From the NCBI GenBank assembly GCA_965263035.1, contig OZ253580.1, positions 4,864,001-4,928,000 of the forward strand: 64,000 nucleotides of DNA, in the 5' to 3' direction. Position numbers and translations under genes: made by a program. The DNA comes from Acidobacteriota bacterium. GTDB lineage: Bacteria; Acidobacteriota; UBA6911; RPQK01; JAJDTT01. Below, piece after piece: positions 9,801 through 17,899 of the stretch. Within the stretch, counting starts at the first letter, position 1. The number at the start of each line of letters is the position of its first letter. The notes under the pieces are model-generated. The model had not been told where the DNA came from. It was given only the letters and a program-made list of their open reading frames with translations, and searched no databases.

Positions 9801-10307
9801 GGAAAGCGCCTTTTCAACGGTGGAAATCTATTCTCCAAATATGTGCTCAGCGGTTGGACCCTCGGCGTACAGCACAACTACTTCTCCGGGCAGCCGATCA
9901 GCGTGAGCAGCCGGGTCAGATATCCGGGAGGTTTCGGACCCATCTGGCCGGTCTTGCGTCTGAACTCGCAGATCAAGACCAACACCATTTGCGGGGAGTA
10001 CAGTCCCGGTGGCCGATTCCTGAACGTCAACGCGTTCATGAATGCAGCTCCTTGGACTTTGGGGAACACCAGAACCTTGCCCAAGGAACGGGGCTGCAGC
10101 TATTTCAACGAGAACGCGACGCTCCAGAAGGACACTCAGGTCAACGAGGACGTGAATGTTCGCCTGGGAGTCGATTTCTTCAACATGTTCAACCGCCACA
10201 TTTGGGGCGGTCTGAACACCGACACCGGAAACGCGGCGGGATTCGGCCTGTTCGGCTCCACGTCCCGTCCCAGGTTCATCCAGTTGCACCTCTCGATCCA
10301 CTTCTGA
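6876..10307 (+). CDS. TonB-dependent receptor (Oar-like), copy 2
   Basis: GAGGAG RBS before ATG 6876. Close paralog of 2488-5958 with long identical peptides (TLPTIEKQSNKAGYARVNEEIARLP, RDDTAPIPEMVQEFRLDTNT); ends HLSIHF. Confidence 0.92.
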   Translation: MSRVLSLSLVLALSCLPLLAQENVGTVTGAVRDESGGVVPGAEISITNVGTGIVTDTITSDAGIYAFNSVAIGEYRLTATMPGFRTLEQSGLRVVSGEVLTIDVTLSVGDVAETVEVMATLPTIEKQSNKAGYARVNEEIARLPIAVSNNNRQALSFLRTMPGVNYNPNDSNENNAMSTAFIHGTPNASPSYTIDGVRAGSSTHQNSRDDTAPIPEMVQEFRLDTNTNAEHGWDSGVAITLIFKSGTNEFHGDAFWYFRNNILDARPWLAPSKSVNRQNDYGFVLGGPIWKNRTFFFGGFDGYKLRTAPGDSVQTVPTAAMRNGDFSEILGAEIGTDALGRPIHQGAIYDPMSTRSDGQGGFIRDPFPNNMIPADRFSTVTKNLISRFGLPNRPGVTNNWIGGLTSTPVDKTSYYLKVDHQLDEAGDHRLTVGWEQSWKASRSNYPSVQDESISSLHRNDEVQYRYRFNYHYTIRPNVLFNLRTGVTRTPRVIGTQGLANDNTGAEVGIKGVPGPIAPQVGVQGQSAYGPIFQKLIDPSQTIPANMDVTWVKGSHNFKVGAAYLLSVSKQNLALFDQGSFSFSALETGLPGNANTGFGFASQLLGEVDSAFVWSQRDFRHNGGAWGIYFQDSWRATSKLTINYGLRNDVFVPLGETYDRIGAFNPTIPNPGAGGLPGSLWFWGDGPGRNGFKRVADTLWSQWGPRLGFAYSPDDNTVIRASGAYMYFPLFGAMTSGFNTPFLGWTLDPSVRSLDGGLTPAFNWDNGYPDPIPDLPVLEPDFANDQAVQYLNRDDFKAGRTLTLNFGLERDLGWGLAMRANYHGKFSHNLPSHEAVRMNQLSVANLSLGNTLLAPVGSDQAMAAGIAAPYPGFGGPVAQALRPFPHFLDIQQRAAPVSDLNYHALVLSLQKRYGHGLSFMLNHTISKALGNVGFSQQGHGFAPIQHTSQRHLRYHYQHDRPQNLSLSWLYELPFGPGKRLFNGGNLFSKYVLSGWTLGVQHNYFSGQPISVSSRVRYPGGFGPIWPVLRLNSQIKTNTICGEYSPGGRFLNVNAFMNAAPWTLGNTRTLPKERGCSYFNENATLQKDTQVNEDVNVRLGVDFFNMFNRHIWGGLNTDTGNAAGFGLFGSTSRPRFIQLHLSIHF

Positions 10308-10310
10308 TTG

Positions 10311-10561
10311 GAGGGGGGACGTTCCTGTCCCCCTCTTCACTGGAGGGGCGACTTTCTTGTCGCCCACTGGGACAGGCGGCTTTCTTGCCGCCTGCTCTTC
10401 TGTCGTTGCTATGCGATTCGGTGGCCGGCAAGTGTAGAGGCCGGCAAGTGTAGAGGGGGGCAAGTGTAGAGGGGGGCAAGTGTAGAGGGGGGACTACCGT
10501 CCCCCCTAACCCCCCCTGGTCGGCGGCCGCTCCCATTCGGCGACAAGAAAGTCGCCGCTCC
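10311..10561. repeat. Cluster of REP-like palindromes between convergent genes
   Basis: GGCGAC-TTTCTT-GTCGCC (10347-10364), GGCGGC-TTTCTT-GCCGCC (10375-10392), inverted copy CGGCGAC-AAGAAA-GTCGCCGCTCC (10538-10561), plus GGGGGAC...GTCCCCC hairpins. Confidence 0.7.
10425..10488. repeat. 16-bp tandem repeat x4
   Basis: (CC/GG)GGCAAGTGTAGAGG at 10425, 10441, 10457 and 10473, with no spacers. Confidence 0.9.
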
Positions 10562-10567
10562 TGGTCC

Positions 10568-12034
10568 CTACTTCGCCGTGTCGGCAACGGCGAACAAGGC
10601 ATTTCGGTTGGTGATGTAGAGCACTCCGTTGGTCGCCACGGCCGTCGTGTAGACGGAATCTCCCATCTCGTTGACGGCCAGCTCCTTCATCGTCGTGCCG
10701 TGCTCCAGCACCGCCACGTCGCCGTCCTCGTCTCCCAGATAGACCTTGCCGTCCACCAGATAGGGAGACCCCCAGACCGCGGCCAGCATGTCGTATCTCC
10801 AGTGCCTCTTTCCGGTGGCGAGATCCAGGCAGTAGAGAAACCCGGTCAGATCGGCCGCATAGAGCAAGCCGTCCCGAATCGCCACGGTGGACATGCTGCG
10901 GCGGAAGTCCTCGCCACCCACGTGCCAGATCCGTCCCTTCTCGGTAATCTCTCCGGTCTGGGTCGCGTCGATGGAATAGAGGTGACCGGGACCCTCGCCA
11001 TGTTCCGGGTCCTGCCCCACGCTGAGCAGCACCTTGTCCTGGTATAGGACCGGCGTGGAGATGATGTTGTTCCGGGTGCCGCGCCCGCCGAGCTTCCACT
11101 CGGAGACCTTGGGATTGAGGTCGAACTTCCAGATCAACTCTCCACCCTGGGGCTCGTAGGCGTAAGCCCAACCGTCACCCCCGGCAAAAATGACCTGGGG
11201 CCGGCCCTTGACCAGCCCGTATGTGGGTGAGGACCATTGCCCGTGCAGGGTGTTCTCGCCCGGATCGCTCCGCTCCCAGACCAGTTCGCCGGTCTTCTTA
11301 TGCACGGCGATGAACGCGGGCGCGTCCGGCATGGGGAGATCCAGGTGCCCCTCGTCCACGCCGTTGGAGGTGAGCAGGAAGATCAAATCGCCGGCTCCCA
11401 CCGGGGAGGAGGTGGCCAGATTGTGAGGGAAGACCCCCAGCTCCTCGATCATGTCGTACACCCAGACGATGTCCGCGTCCTCGTTCTCCCGGTATTTTTC
11501 GTCCTGAAACGGGCCGTCGTTCTCCCCGTCCAGAAACCCCTCCACGTCGGCGCAGACCAGCTCGGCCCGGTTGCTGACGTAGTAGATCCGGTCCCCGTCC
11601 ACGAAGGGAGAGGAACAGATTCCCTGTTCCGGCCAGTCGTTGACCCGTCCCGTGGGGAGCTTGTCGTGGGTGGCCTGCCACAGCATCTTTCCGGAGGCCT
11701 CGTCCAGACAGACGATCACCCCCTTGTCACCCGTGATTCCGGGCCGGTGATGGGCGTTGTTGTTGGTGCCGATGAAGATCCTTCCATCGGAGATCACGGG
11801 GTTGCCATAGGTCTGGGACCCCAGCGGCATCTTCCAACGGATGTTCTCGCCGCTGGAGACGTTCCATCGGTGGGGCATTCCCTTCTCCTCCGAGACCATG
11901 TTCCGGTCCGGAGTCCCGCCCCACATCTTCCAGTCCCCCGCGTGGACCTGAGGCTGACCCGGCGCGGCAAGAATTGCCGCGGCCAGCAGGATGCACGGAA
12001 CGCGGACGATCCTGGCTCGACTGCTAGTCATCAT
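10568..12034 (-). CDS. PQQ-binding-like beta-propeller repeat protein (BamB-like), secreted
   Basis: Signal peptide, DWKMWGGTPDRN, repeated SSP and CLDxxTGKxxW propeller motifs. Confidence 0.85.
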   Translation of the reverse strand: MMTSSRARIVRVPCILLAAAILAAPGQPQVHAGDWKMWGGTPDRNMVSEEKGMPHRWNVSSGENIRWKMPLGSQTYGNPVISDGRIFIGTNNNAHHRPGITGDKGVIVCLDEASGKMLWQATHDKLPTGRVNDWPEQGICSSPFVDGDRIYYVSNRAELVCADVEGFLDGENDGPFQDEKYRENEDADIVWVYDMIEELGVFPHNLATSSPVGAGDLIFLLTSNGVDEGHLDLPMPDAPAFIAVHKKTGELVWERSDPGENTLHGQWSSPTYGLVKGRPQVIFAGGDGWAYAYEPQGGELIWKFDLNPKVSEWKLGGRGTRNNIISTPVLYQDKVLLSVGQDPEHGEGPGHLYSIDATQTGEITEKGRIWHVGGEDFRRSMSTVAIRDGLLYAADLTGFLYCLDLATGKRHWRYDMLAAVWGSPYLVDGKVYLGDEDGDVAVLEHGTTMKELAVNEMGDSVYTTAVATNGVLYITNRNALFAVADTAK

Positions 12035-14252
12035 TCTTCACCACCTTGAAGTTGTCGAAGAGAATCTCGGGACCGTCGCTCTTGGATGTGGTTCCGACGG
12101 AGTAGCCGTAAATGCCGGCGCTGCCTTCCCGGTTCGGATGCGGGTCCAGCACCTCAATGTTCCAAGCCTCGGGCTCCGGTTCCTCCCTGGGCCAGACCTT
12201 CGCTCGGACCCGTGCCTGTCCATCCTCCAGCGACACCGAGAACTTGGCTCGATACCAGACCTCCGGTTCCCAGGGAAATGCAACGTCGTGCCTCAGGCGC
12301 GGCAGCGGGGACCAGGTCTCGATCCGCAGCCGCTTTCTCATGCCCATCATGACGAATCGGTAGCGGCTGTTGATCAGCCCCATGTCCGGCTTGAAGCGTT
12401 TGCGTGCCAGCTTTCCCAGCAGGTCCGCTTCGACCGTATACCCTCCCGGGACGGGGGGAGTGGCATAGGCTCGAAGCCTCATGAAGGGCGGGGAAGGCCG
12501 CGTCTTGGAGGCCAGCTTCTTGAGCACCTTGCCTCCCGCCTCGATGACTTGCGTCTTGGACGCCACGCCTATCCAGCCGGGAGGCACCGAGCCGACCGCC
12601 AGCGACTCGAAGTCCTCGTGGATCGGCAGATTCGGAGCGATCCGAATCCGAGCAGCGGCGCTCAGACCACTGGGGCTCTTGGCGGTCACGAGACCCGCCG
12701 AGAATGCCTGCTCCTTGCCGGCGTTGAAATTGCCGTCCGCGCCGACTGTTCCCGAGACGCCGCTTGCCGACCACTCGACGCTGGCCGGGGAGGGAGTCGA
12801 TCCCACTGAGTCGAATCGAAGCGCCTTCAGCTGGATCTGCTCTCCGGGTCTCAGCGTCGCTTCCGCCGGCACGACCCGAAGGCTGCCCTTGGACCCCGCT
12901 GCCGGGCGCGCCGTCTCTACTGGAGTCGAGGCTAGCTCTTGCGCCTGTACCTGTTGCCCCGCTTTTCCTAGGCAGTAGATGCCGTAGCGGCTCATGAAAT
13001 AGACGCGTCCGCTGACCACGGCGGGAGAGCCGAAGATCTCGTCCACGGTGCCGTCGGGACGCTCGAACACCTCCTTGTCCAGGGACACGCAACGATCGCC
13101 CTCGTCGCGGAGAATGTGGAAGATGCCGTTCTGTTCTCCCACGTAGATCACGCCGTCGCTGGTCACCACGGGCGACCCCTTGCCCACCCGGCCCAGGTTG
13201 TATTCCCAGTGGATGTCACCGCTGGCGGCGTCCATGCAGTAGAGATTGGCGCTGTTGTCCACGGCATAGAGCCGGCCGTTGGCGATGGCGGGCGAGGCAT
13301 ACCCGAAGGTGTAGCCGTCATGGCGCCAGACCACTCCGCTCTCCGTGATGTCCCCCGTCCGGGTTCCGTCGACGCAGACGATGCCTCCCATCCTGGAGGT
13401 GTGCAGGTTCTCTTCGCTGTGAGAGAGGTACGCTCGGTCTCCGTCCACCACCACGGAAGCGTTGAGACCGCGCTTGCTGAGCCGGAGAGTCCAGGCCTTC
13501 TCACCGTTTCGGGCCCGCATTCCATACGCGTTTCCGTCAGCCGTCGCGGCCACCAACATCCGTTGACCGCCCATGACGGCTGTCGCCGGAACGGCGTAGG
13601 TGGTGTCCAGGGGCGTGCCTCCCGGTGCCGACCACCACTGGATGGCGCCGCTCCCTTTGTGGAATGCCACATATCGATGGAGAGGCCGAGCCTGATTCCC
13701 CCAACTGGAATTGAGAAAGCTCACCACGACCCGGTCCTCGTCCAGGATCGGCGTGTGCAGCCGCCCCCCGTAACCGCTGATGCGGCCCAACTCCTCCGTC
13801 ATGGAGACCTTCCAGACCTCGTCGCCGTCACGGCTGAGACAGAAGAACTCTCCCCCGGTGGCGTGAGCGTAGATCCGGCCCGAATCCGGGTCCCCGACCA
13901 GGGCCGTCCATCCCACCCGGTTCTCCACGATGTCGGTATGGAAGACGTTGAATCGCTTCTCCCACAGCTTGCGGCCGGTCCGGGCGTCGAGCGCCACGAT
14001 CCGTTCCCCCCGCGTCGCCCCTTTCCCCACCGGCAGGATGGCGAAGAGCCGGTCGTCCAGGATGATGGGCGTGGTCCTCCCACCCTCGTCGAACTTCCAG
14101 AGAAGCCCATCCCCACCCTGATCCCAGGAGGTGACGGCGGCTGCTTCCGGGGCGGCGCCGTTCTGGTTCGGGCCGCGCCAGTACGGCCAGTCCGCGCCCA
14201 GGGCCGGTTGGATGGTGATCCAAACCAGGGAAAAGACTCCAAGTATTCTCAA
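12024..14252 (-). CDS. PQQ-binding-like beta-propeller protein with C-terminal Ig-like and lectin-like beta domains
   Basis: ADWPYWRGP N-terminus, ALDARTGRKLW repeats, C-terminal beta-rich extension; TTG start with GGAGG RBS. Confidence 0.85.
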   Translation of the reverse strand: MRILGVFSLVWITIQPALGADWPYWRGPNQNGAAPEAAAVTSWDQGGDGLLWKFDEGGRTTPIILDDRLFAILPVGKGATRGERIVALDARTGRKLWEKRFNVFHTDIVENRVGWTALVGDPDSGRIYAHATGGEFFCLSRDGDEVWKVSMTEELGRISGYGGRLHTPILDEDRVVVSFLNSSWGNQARPLHRYVAFHKGSGAIQWWSAPGGTPLDTTYAVPATAVMGGQRMLVAATADGNAYGMRARNGEKAWTLRLSKRGLNASVVVDGDRAYLSHSEENLHTSRMGGIVCVDGTRTGDITESGVVWRHDGYTFGYASPAIANGRLYAVDNSANLYCMDAASGDIHWEYNLGRVGKGSPVVTSDGVIYVGEQNGIFHILRDEGDRCVSLDKEVFERPDGTVDEIFGSPAVVSGRVYFMSRYGIYCLGKAGQQVQAQELASTPVETARPAAGSKGSLRVVPAEATLRPGEQIQLKALRFDSVGSTPSPASVEWSASGVSGTVGADGNFNAGKEQAFSAGLVTAKSPSGLSAAARIRIAPNLPIHEDFESLAVGSVPPGWIGVASKTQVIEAGGKVLKKLASKTRPSPPFMRLRAYATPPVPGGYTVEADLLGKLARKRFKPDMGLINSRYRFVMMGMRKRLRIETWSPLPRLRHDVAFPWEPEVWYRAKFSVSLEDGQARVRAKVWPREEPEPEAWNIEVLDPHPNREGSAGIYGYSVGTTSKSDGPEILFDNFKVVKNDD

Positions 14253-14809
14253 ACCCGACCTCCTGCGATGAAAAGGTTCACGTGACGCTCATTATCAACG
14301 CAATGCCCACGACGTTTCACATTCTCCCCCTCCCCTGTATGGGTAGCAAGAGAAGAGGGAGCAGAGGGATAAGAGGGATAAGACCCTCTCCTAAGAGAAG
14401 ATTGGCATTTTCCCTCTCCCGCGAAAGCCCGAATATCGTCTTGGGACTGAATCTGCCGCCGAATCTGTCCGCACCGCTGGCGAGTCAGTTTGAAGCGACT
14501 CCCGATCACTGACAGTCTGACACCCTGAGAAGCGAGGCGCCAGATCTTCCTGTCTCGCGGTCTCAGGTCGATGAGCCCGTTCTTGATGCCCGTCTTTTCT
14601 AGTGTCCACCGGCAGTTAGCCCGCATCCGCTGAGTCTCCGGAGTTCGGTCGGTGGGATCCTCATTCCCCACAACATGACGCCGGCAGCCGGCCCGGATGT
14701 TGGTCCACTCAAGGCACGGCTTGCGGTGAACCTTCCACGCCTCCGTGGGTGAAGGTTCAGGCTTCCGGTGGAGTCGGATCTCAAGCAATTCCAACAGCCG
14801 GAAATTCAT
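14249..14809 (-). CDS. Hypothetical protein with sigma70 region 4-like helix-turn-helix
   Basis: LRPRDRKIWRLASQGVRLSVIGSRFKLTRQRCGQIRRQI fits an HTH pattern; ATGA-coupled to the upstream ORF; low-complexity tail crosses the element boundary. Confidence 0.5.
   Translation of the reverse strand: MNFRLLELLEIRLHRKPEPSPTEAWKVHRKPCLEWTNIRAGCRRHVVGNEDPTDRTPETQRMRANCRWTLEKTGIKNGLIDLRPRDRKIWRLASQGVRLSVIGSRFKLTRQRCGQIRRQIQSQDDIRAFAGEGKCQSSLRRGSYPSYPSAPSSLATHTGEGENVKRRGHCVDNERHVNLFIAGGRV
14291..14305 (+). repeat. Candidate att core, left copy
   Basis: ATTATCAACGCAATG vs ATTGTCAACGGAATG at 23605-23619 (13/15 identical); lies at the compositional boundary. Confidence 0.45.
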
Positions 14810-15171
14810 GCGGCCGCCTCAGAGCTTCGGGAGAGACCCGCCGCCTTAGCCGATGTTTTGACTTCTCGCAACCACCACGGCGACGCACGGAAACGGATCG
14901 CGCAGGATCTCCCGTCCGTAGGATCGTTCAGAGCCTCCACATCCACCAGATCCGGGGTGATCCTGGGCTTTTCGTTATCGTCGAAGGGCAAAGGCTCATT
15001 TTGATCCTTTGCCTCGTAAACCCTACCGGATGCTGGATTCTGATCTCGTCGGTCGCTGCCGGGAGTCTCCCAGTCGGTCGCGGGAGCATTCGACCGAGCC
15101 AGTGTGACCAGCTCGGATTTCAGCTCCGCTTTCTGTGCGGCGGTTCGTCGTGTTCTCTTGTGCTTGCCCAT
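14806..15171 (-). CDS. Hypothetical protein, possible C-terminal ribbon-helix-helix
   Basis: Basic N-terminus; AIRFRASPWWLREVKTSAKAAGLSRS resembles an RHH/CopG strand-helix-helix. Confidence 0.4.
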   Translation of the reverse strand: MGKHKRTRRTAAQKAELKSELVTLARSNAPATDWETPGSDRRDQNPASGRVYEAKDQNEPLPFDDNEKPRITPDLVDVEALNDPTDGRSCAIRFRASPWWLREVKTSAKAAGLSRSSEAAA

Positions 15172-15663
15172 TGTCCCGAATCTAGCCGGGACAAGGATAA
15201 ACTACGCGACTGACGTTCGAGAGAAGGGAAAGGCGCGGGGATCAGGAGGGTTGGCTAGATCCGGTTCCGATGGTCCCGCGCCCGTTGTACGAATCAGGAG
15301 AGATCATTCTCCAGAGTGACAGTGCGTCACCCCGAGAGAGTAGCAGAATCGGCTGACCATAAAAAGCCTAAAAGTGTTCTAAAGTCTCCCCGGTGGAAGC
15401 GCCATGGAGGACCGCTCGGAAGCGGAGGAACGCTTAACGGACTCCTCATGACTAGACCATCCGACAGCACCAAACGTCGGTGAGGAAGGGGACGCGAGAG
15501 TTAGGTTTAAGGTGTCCAAGCCGGATCCAACGGGCGCGCCCCCATAGAGCGTCTATTGTATCAGTAAAAACTGTTGCGATCCCATAGCTGAGAAGCGGAT
15601 GGCGTCTAACTCCCTGTACTGCGTTGGAAGGATTGAACGGACGGGAGCATGGCCCGTTTGGGG

Positions 15664-16767
15664 CTAGTCCCGCTCGGCCTCGACAGAGCCCAACAAGCCG
15701 GTGAGGTTTGCTGCCTCTTCCAAGGATTTGCCCGACTGGACAAGTTTCGAAAACGCTGAAGCTCTTCCGATCAAATCCCCAGCCCATTGGTCGAAGTCGA
15801 GGCGGATCTCCGCTTCCAGCTTCACGCTCAGTTCAAGCTGCACCAGCCGAGCAATGGGTTGGATCAGGTTCAAAAATGTACGCCGGAGCCCTTCTCTTTG
15901 GGCAGTACCCGTCGCGGACGGGTCAAAAATGGATGGACTCACCCCGCAAGCGGCCAAGATCGCGGCCTGGGCATCCCGTCTCAATTCCACGAGCGCCGCC
16001 CCTGGGGAAGGGCCAAGCCGAGAAGGTACGAAATCTTTTCGAGGAGCTGCGCTGCGGCCCTCGCCCCAGCCGCCCGACGTCGTTTCAACCAATATCGATC
16101 TGCCGCGCGCGTTTCGGATATCACCGCTCAAGGCAGCCAACGGATCGGCCGCCGGGTCACCATCCGCATTTTCCCCCGAAGCCGAGTCAGGAACCGCGAG
16201 GAGATTCGCAATCGGCCCGGATACTTCGTCGGCGAGACTTCGTTCAACCTCAGAGTTTAGCTTCGAGGATATGGCGGAGAATTTCAGAGGAGAAACACCC
16301 GCATGAGGGCTGCCTGGGTTGGTGCCCCAGGTGACGTGGACCACTCCCTCGTAACCGACCCGCCGGGTTGTCGTCATCGAGGGACCGGCCAGGTCTACGT
16401 CTACGACCCAACTTTTCTGGTCGTAGCTGCCAGTGAACATCCAGGAAGCAACGGGAAACAACCTCACGATGCCCGCCTCCGAAACGTCGATCATGTGCAT
16501 GGATTCGCCCCGGAGAATGAGGGCCCGCCCGATCTGCGCCAGGACTCCCGGAGTCACGGCCGCACGAATGTAGCCTGGACCGCTCACCTTTGCCCCGGCC
16601 AAACTTCGAGCCAACAGGCCCGCCGCCATCTCCGTCGCCGCGGTCGCAGATGATCCCCCGGTCGAGGCTTGGCTCTGGAGCGCCTGGAGCGCGAGCGCCG
16701 TCACGTCGGCCTGTCGCCGCTCCGCCCGCCGCCATGGGATACCAACTTCCCTCCCCTGGAACTTCAC
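15664..16767 (-). CDS. Phage portal protein (HK97/lambda-like)
   Basis: 367 aa; ALILRGES, VVHV, GVSPL, ILAACGVSPSIF and IQPIARLVQLELSVKL match the portal pattern; lies next to head genes. Confidence 0.8.
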   Translation of the reverse strand: MKFQGREVGIPWRRAERRQADVTALALQALQSQASTGGSSATAATEMAAGLLARSLAGAKVSGPGYIRAAVTPGVLAQIGRALILRGESMHMIDVSEAGIVRLFPVASWMFTGSYDQKSWVVDVDLAGPSMTTTRRVGYEGVVHVTWGTNPGSPHAGVSPLKFSAISSKLNSEVERSLADEVSGPIANLLAVPDSASGENADGDPAADPLAALSGDIRNARGRSILVETTSGGWGEGRSAAPRKDFVPSRLGPSPGAALVELRRDAQAAILAACGVSPSIFDPSATGTAQREGLRRTFLNLIQPIARLVQLELSVKLEAEIRLDFDQWAGDLIGRASAFSKLVQSGKSLEEAANLTGLLGSVEAERD

Positions 16768-17075
16768 GCTAGAGACCCCCGACGAACTCGCCAGGAAGAG
16801 AGCAACCCTGCTGCTCCAGAATGCGCTAGGGCGCTGGATTCGCCTTTGAAGCGCGTCTTGCGGATCGTGATGCTGCCGGTTTTGATGTTCAGGTTCGGCG
16901 TCATGTCGGCCAGCCAGCCCGCCGCCCTGATTGCGGCTTCGTTCTGGATGGAGTCCGGAGCGTCCGGCGCATATCGCTCTACCAACTCAGTGACCACCGG
17001 CAACAGGCGAGAAGCGACGGCGGGTTTCCCGTTGATTGCGGCCGCTAATTCGGCTTCATTGAGTGTGACTGCCAT
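16764..17075 (-). CDS. Putative head-tail connector (HK97 gp6 / SPP1 gp15-like)
   Basis: ~103 aa helical protein (RLLPVVTELVERYAP...IQNEAAIRAAGWL...GLLSSWR) between protease and portal; GTGA coupling to the portal gene. Confidence 0.55.
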   Translation of the reverse strand: MAVTLNEAELAAAINGKPAVASRLLPVVTELVERYAPDAPDSIQNEAAIRAAGWLADMTPNLNIKTGSITIRKTRFKGESSALAHSGAAGLLSSWRVRRGSLA

Positions 17076-17115
17076 TCGTTCCCCGCGCTGACTACGGATA
17101 AATTTTCGAAGTGGT

Positions 17116-17598
17116 CTACCAGTAAGGCTTCCATCGAAGTCCCGCCCGTCGCCCCTTCTCCCGGACACTGACGCCGGACCCCGAGTAACTGGGATCGTCT
17201 ACCAAGCCAGCACCGGCCAAAATTGCCTTTTCGATCATTCTCACGTTGCCCTCATAACGCTCACTCTGCGCCCGAAACTCGACACTCAAGCCGGTGTAGA
17301 CGCCAGCCCTGACCATTTCTGCCGCATCGCGGCCGCTGGCAGTATTCAAGAATGGCGCTTCAACGCGGACCTCTTTCCCTTCCACCTTCGGGACGAAGCG
17401 CAAAAGCGCCTGTTTCCGATCGTGCTGAACGTTGAGGATCACCCCGGACTCTGGCCACGACAGCGAATTCTCCAGGAAGATTTCCGCCCGATCGCTCGCC
17501 CGCTCGCCGTACGTCAACAAAACGCCCGCCAGCAAGCCGGGAGATTGCCTTGAGTCGTCTTCCCGAAACTCAACCGCGCAACACCTAATTTCTAGCAT
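17116..17598 (-). CDS. HK97-family prohead protease
   Basis: ILNVQHD (catalytic His), GLSVEF (catalytic Ser), LVDDPSYSGS. Confidence 0.85.
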   Translation of the reverse strand: MLEIRCCAVEFREDDSRQSPGLLAGVLLTYGERASDRAEIFLENSLSWPESGVILNVQHDRKQALLRFVPKVEGKEVRVEAPFLNTASGRDAAEMVRAGVYTGLSVEFRAQSERYEGNVRMIEKAILAGAGLVDDPSYSGSGVSVREKGRRAGLRWKPYW

Positions 17599-17608
17599 TT
17601 CCTACCTA

Positions 17609-17899
17609 CTACGACGGCGTTAGAATTAAGGTGGCCGCGCCCGAATCGACCCGGATCCAAACCGTCTCATTTCCAACTTCAAGAATTCGAGTCGGGACCG
17701 CAGTTCCGCGAGCCGTCGGCCTCCAGGGGTGCCCGGTGACCGTCGGTTCTACCAGGTCGTCGGTTCGTGCCGTGAATACGGTAGCCAGCGGCGATAGGCC
17801 ACGAATGTCCATGGTCCACACGTCGCCCGCTTCAAATCCCGCCGCCAGGGTCAGGTTCAGCCAGCTTGTCGTCAGGTCGATTTGTTGCGTCCAGGCCAT
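17609..17899 (-). CDS. Small beta-rich hypothetical protein, possible virion decoration protein
   Basis: 96 aa, Thr/Val/Trp-rich; TAATG coupling within the head operon. Confidence 0.5.
   Translation of the reverse strand: MAWTQQIDLTTSWLNLTLAAGFEAGDVWTMDIRGLSPLATVFTARTDDLVEPTVTGHPWRPTARGTAVPTRILEVGNETVWIRVDSGAATLILTPS

Noticed and set aside
10425-10488. Possible CRISPR array
   Set aside because: 16-bp units are directly adjacent with no unique spacers, and no cas genes are present.
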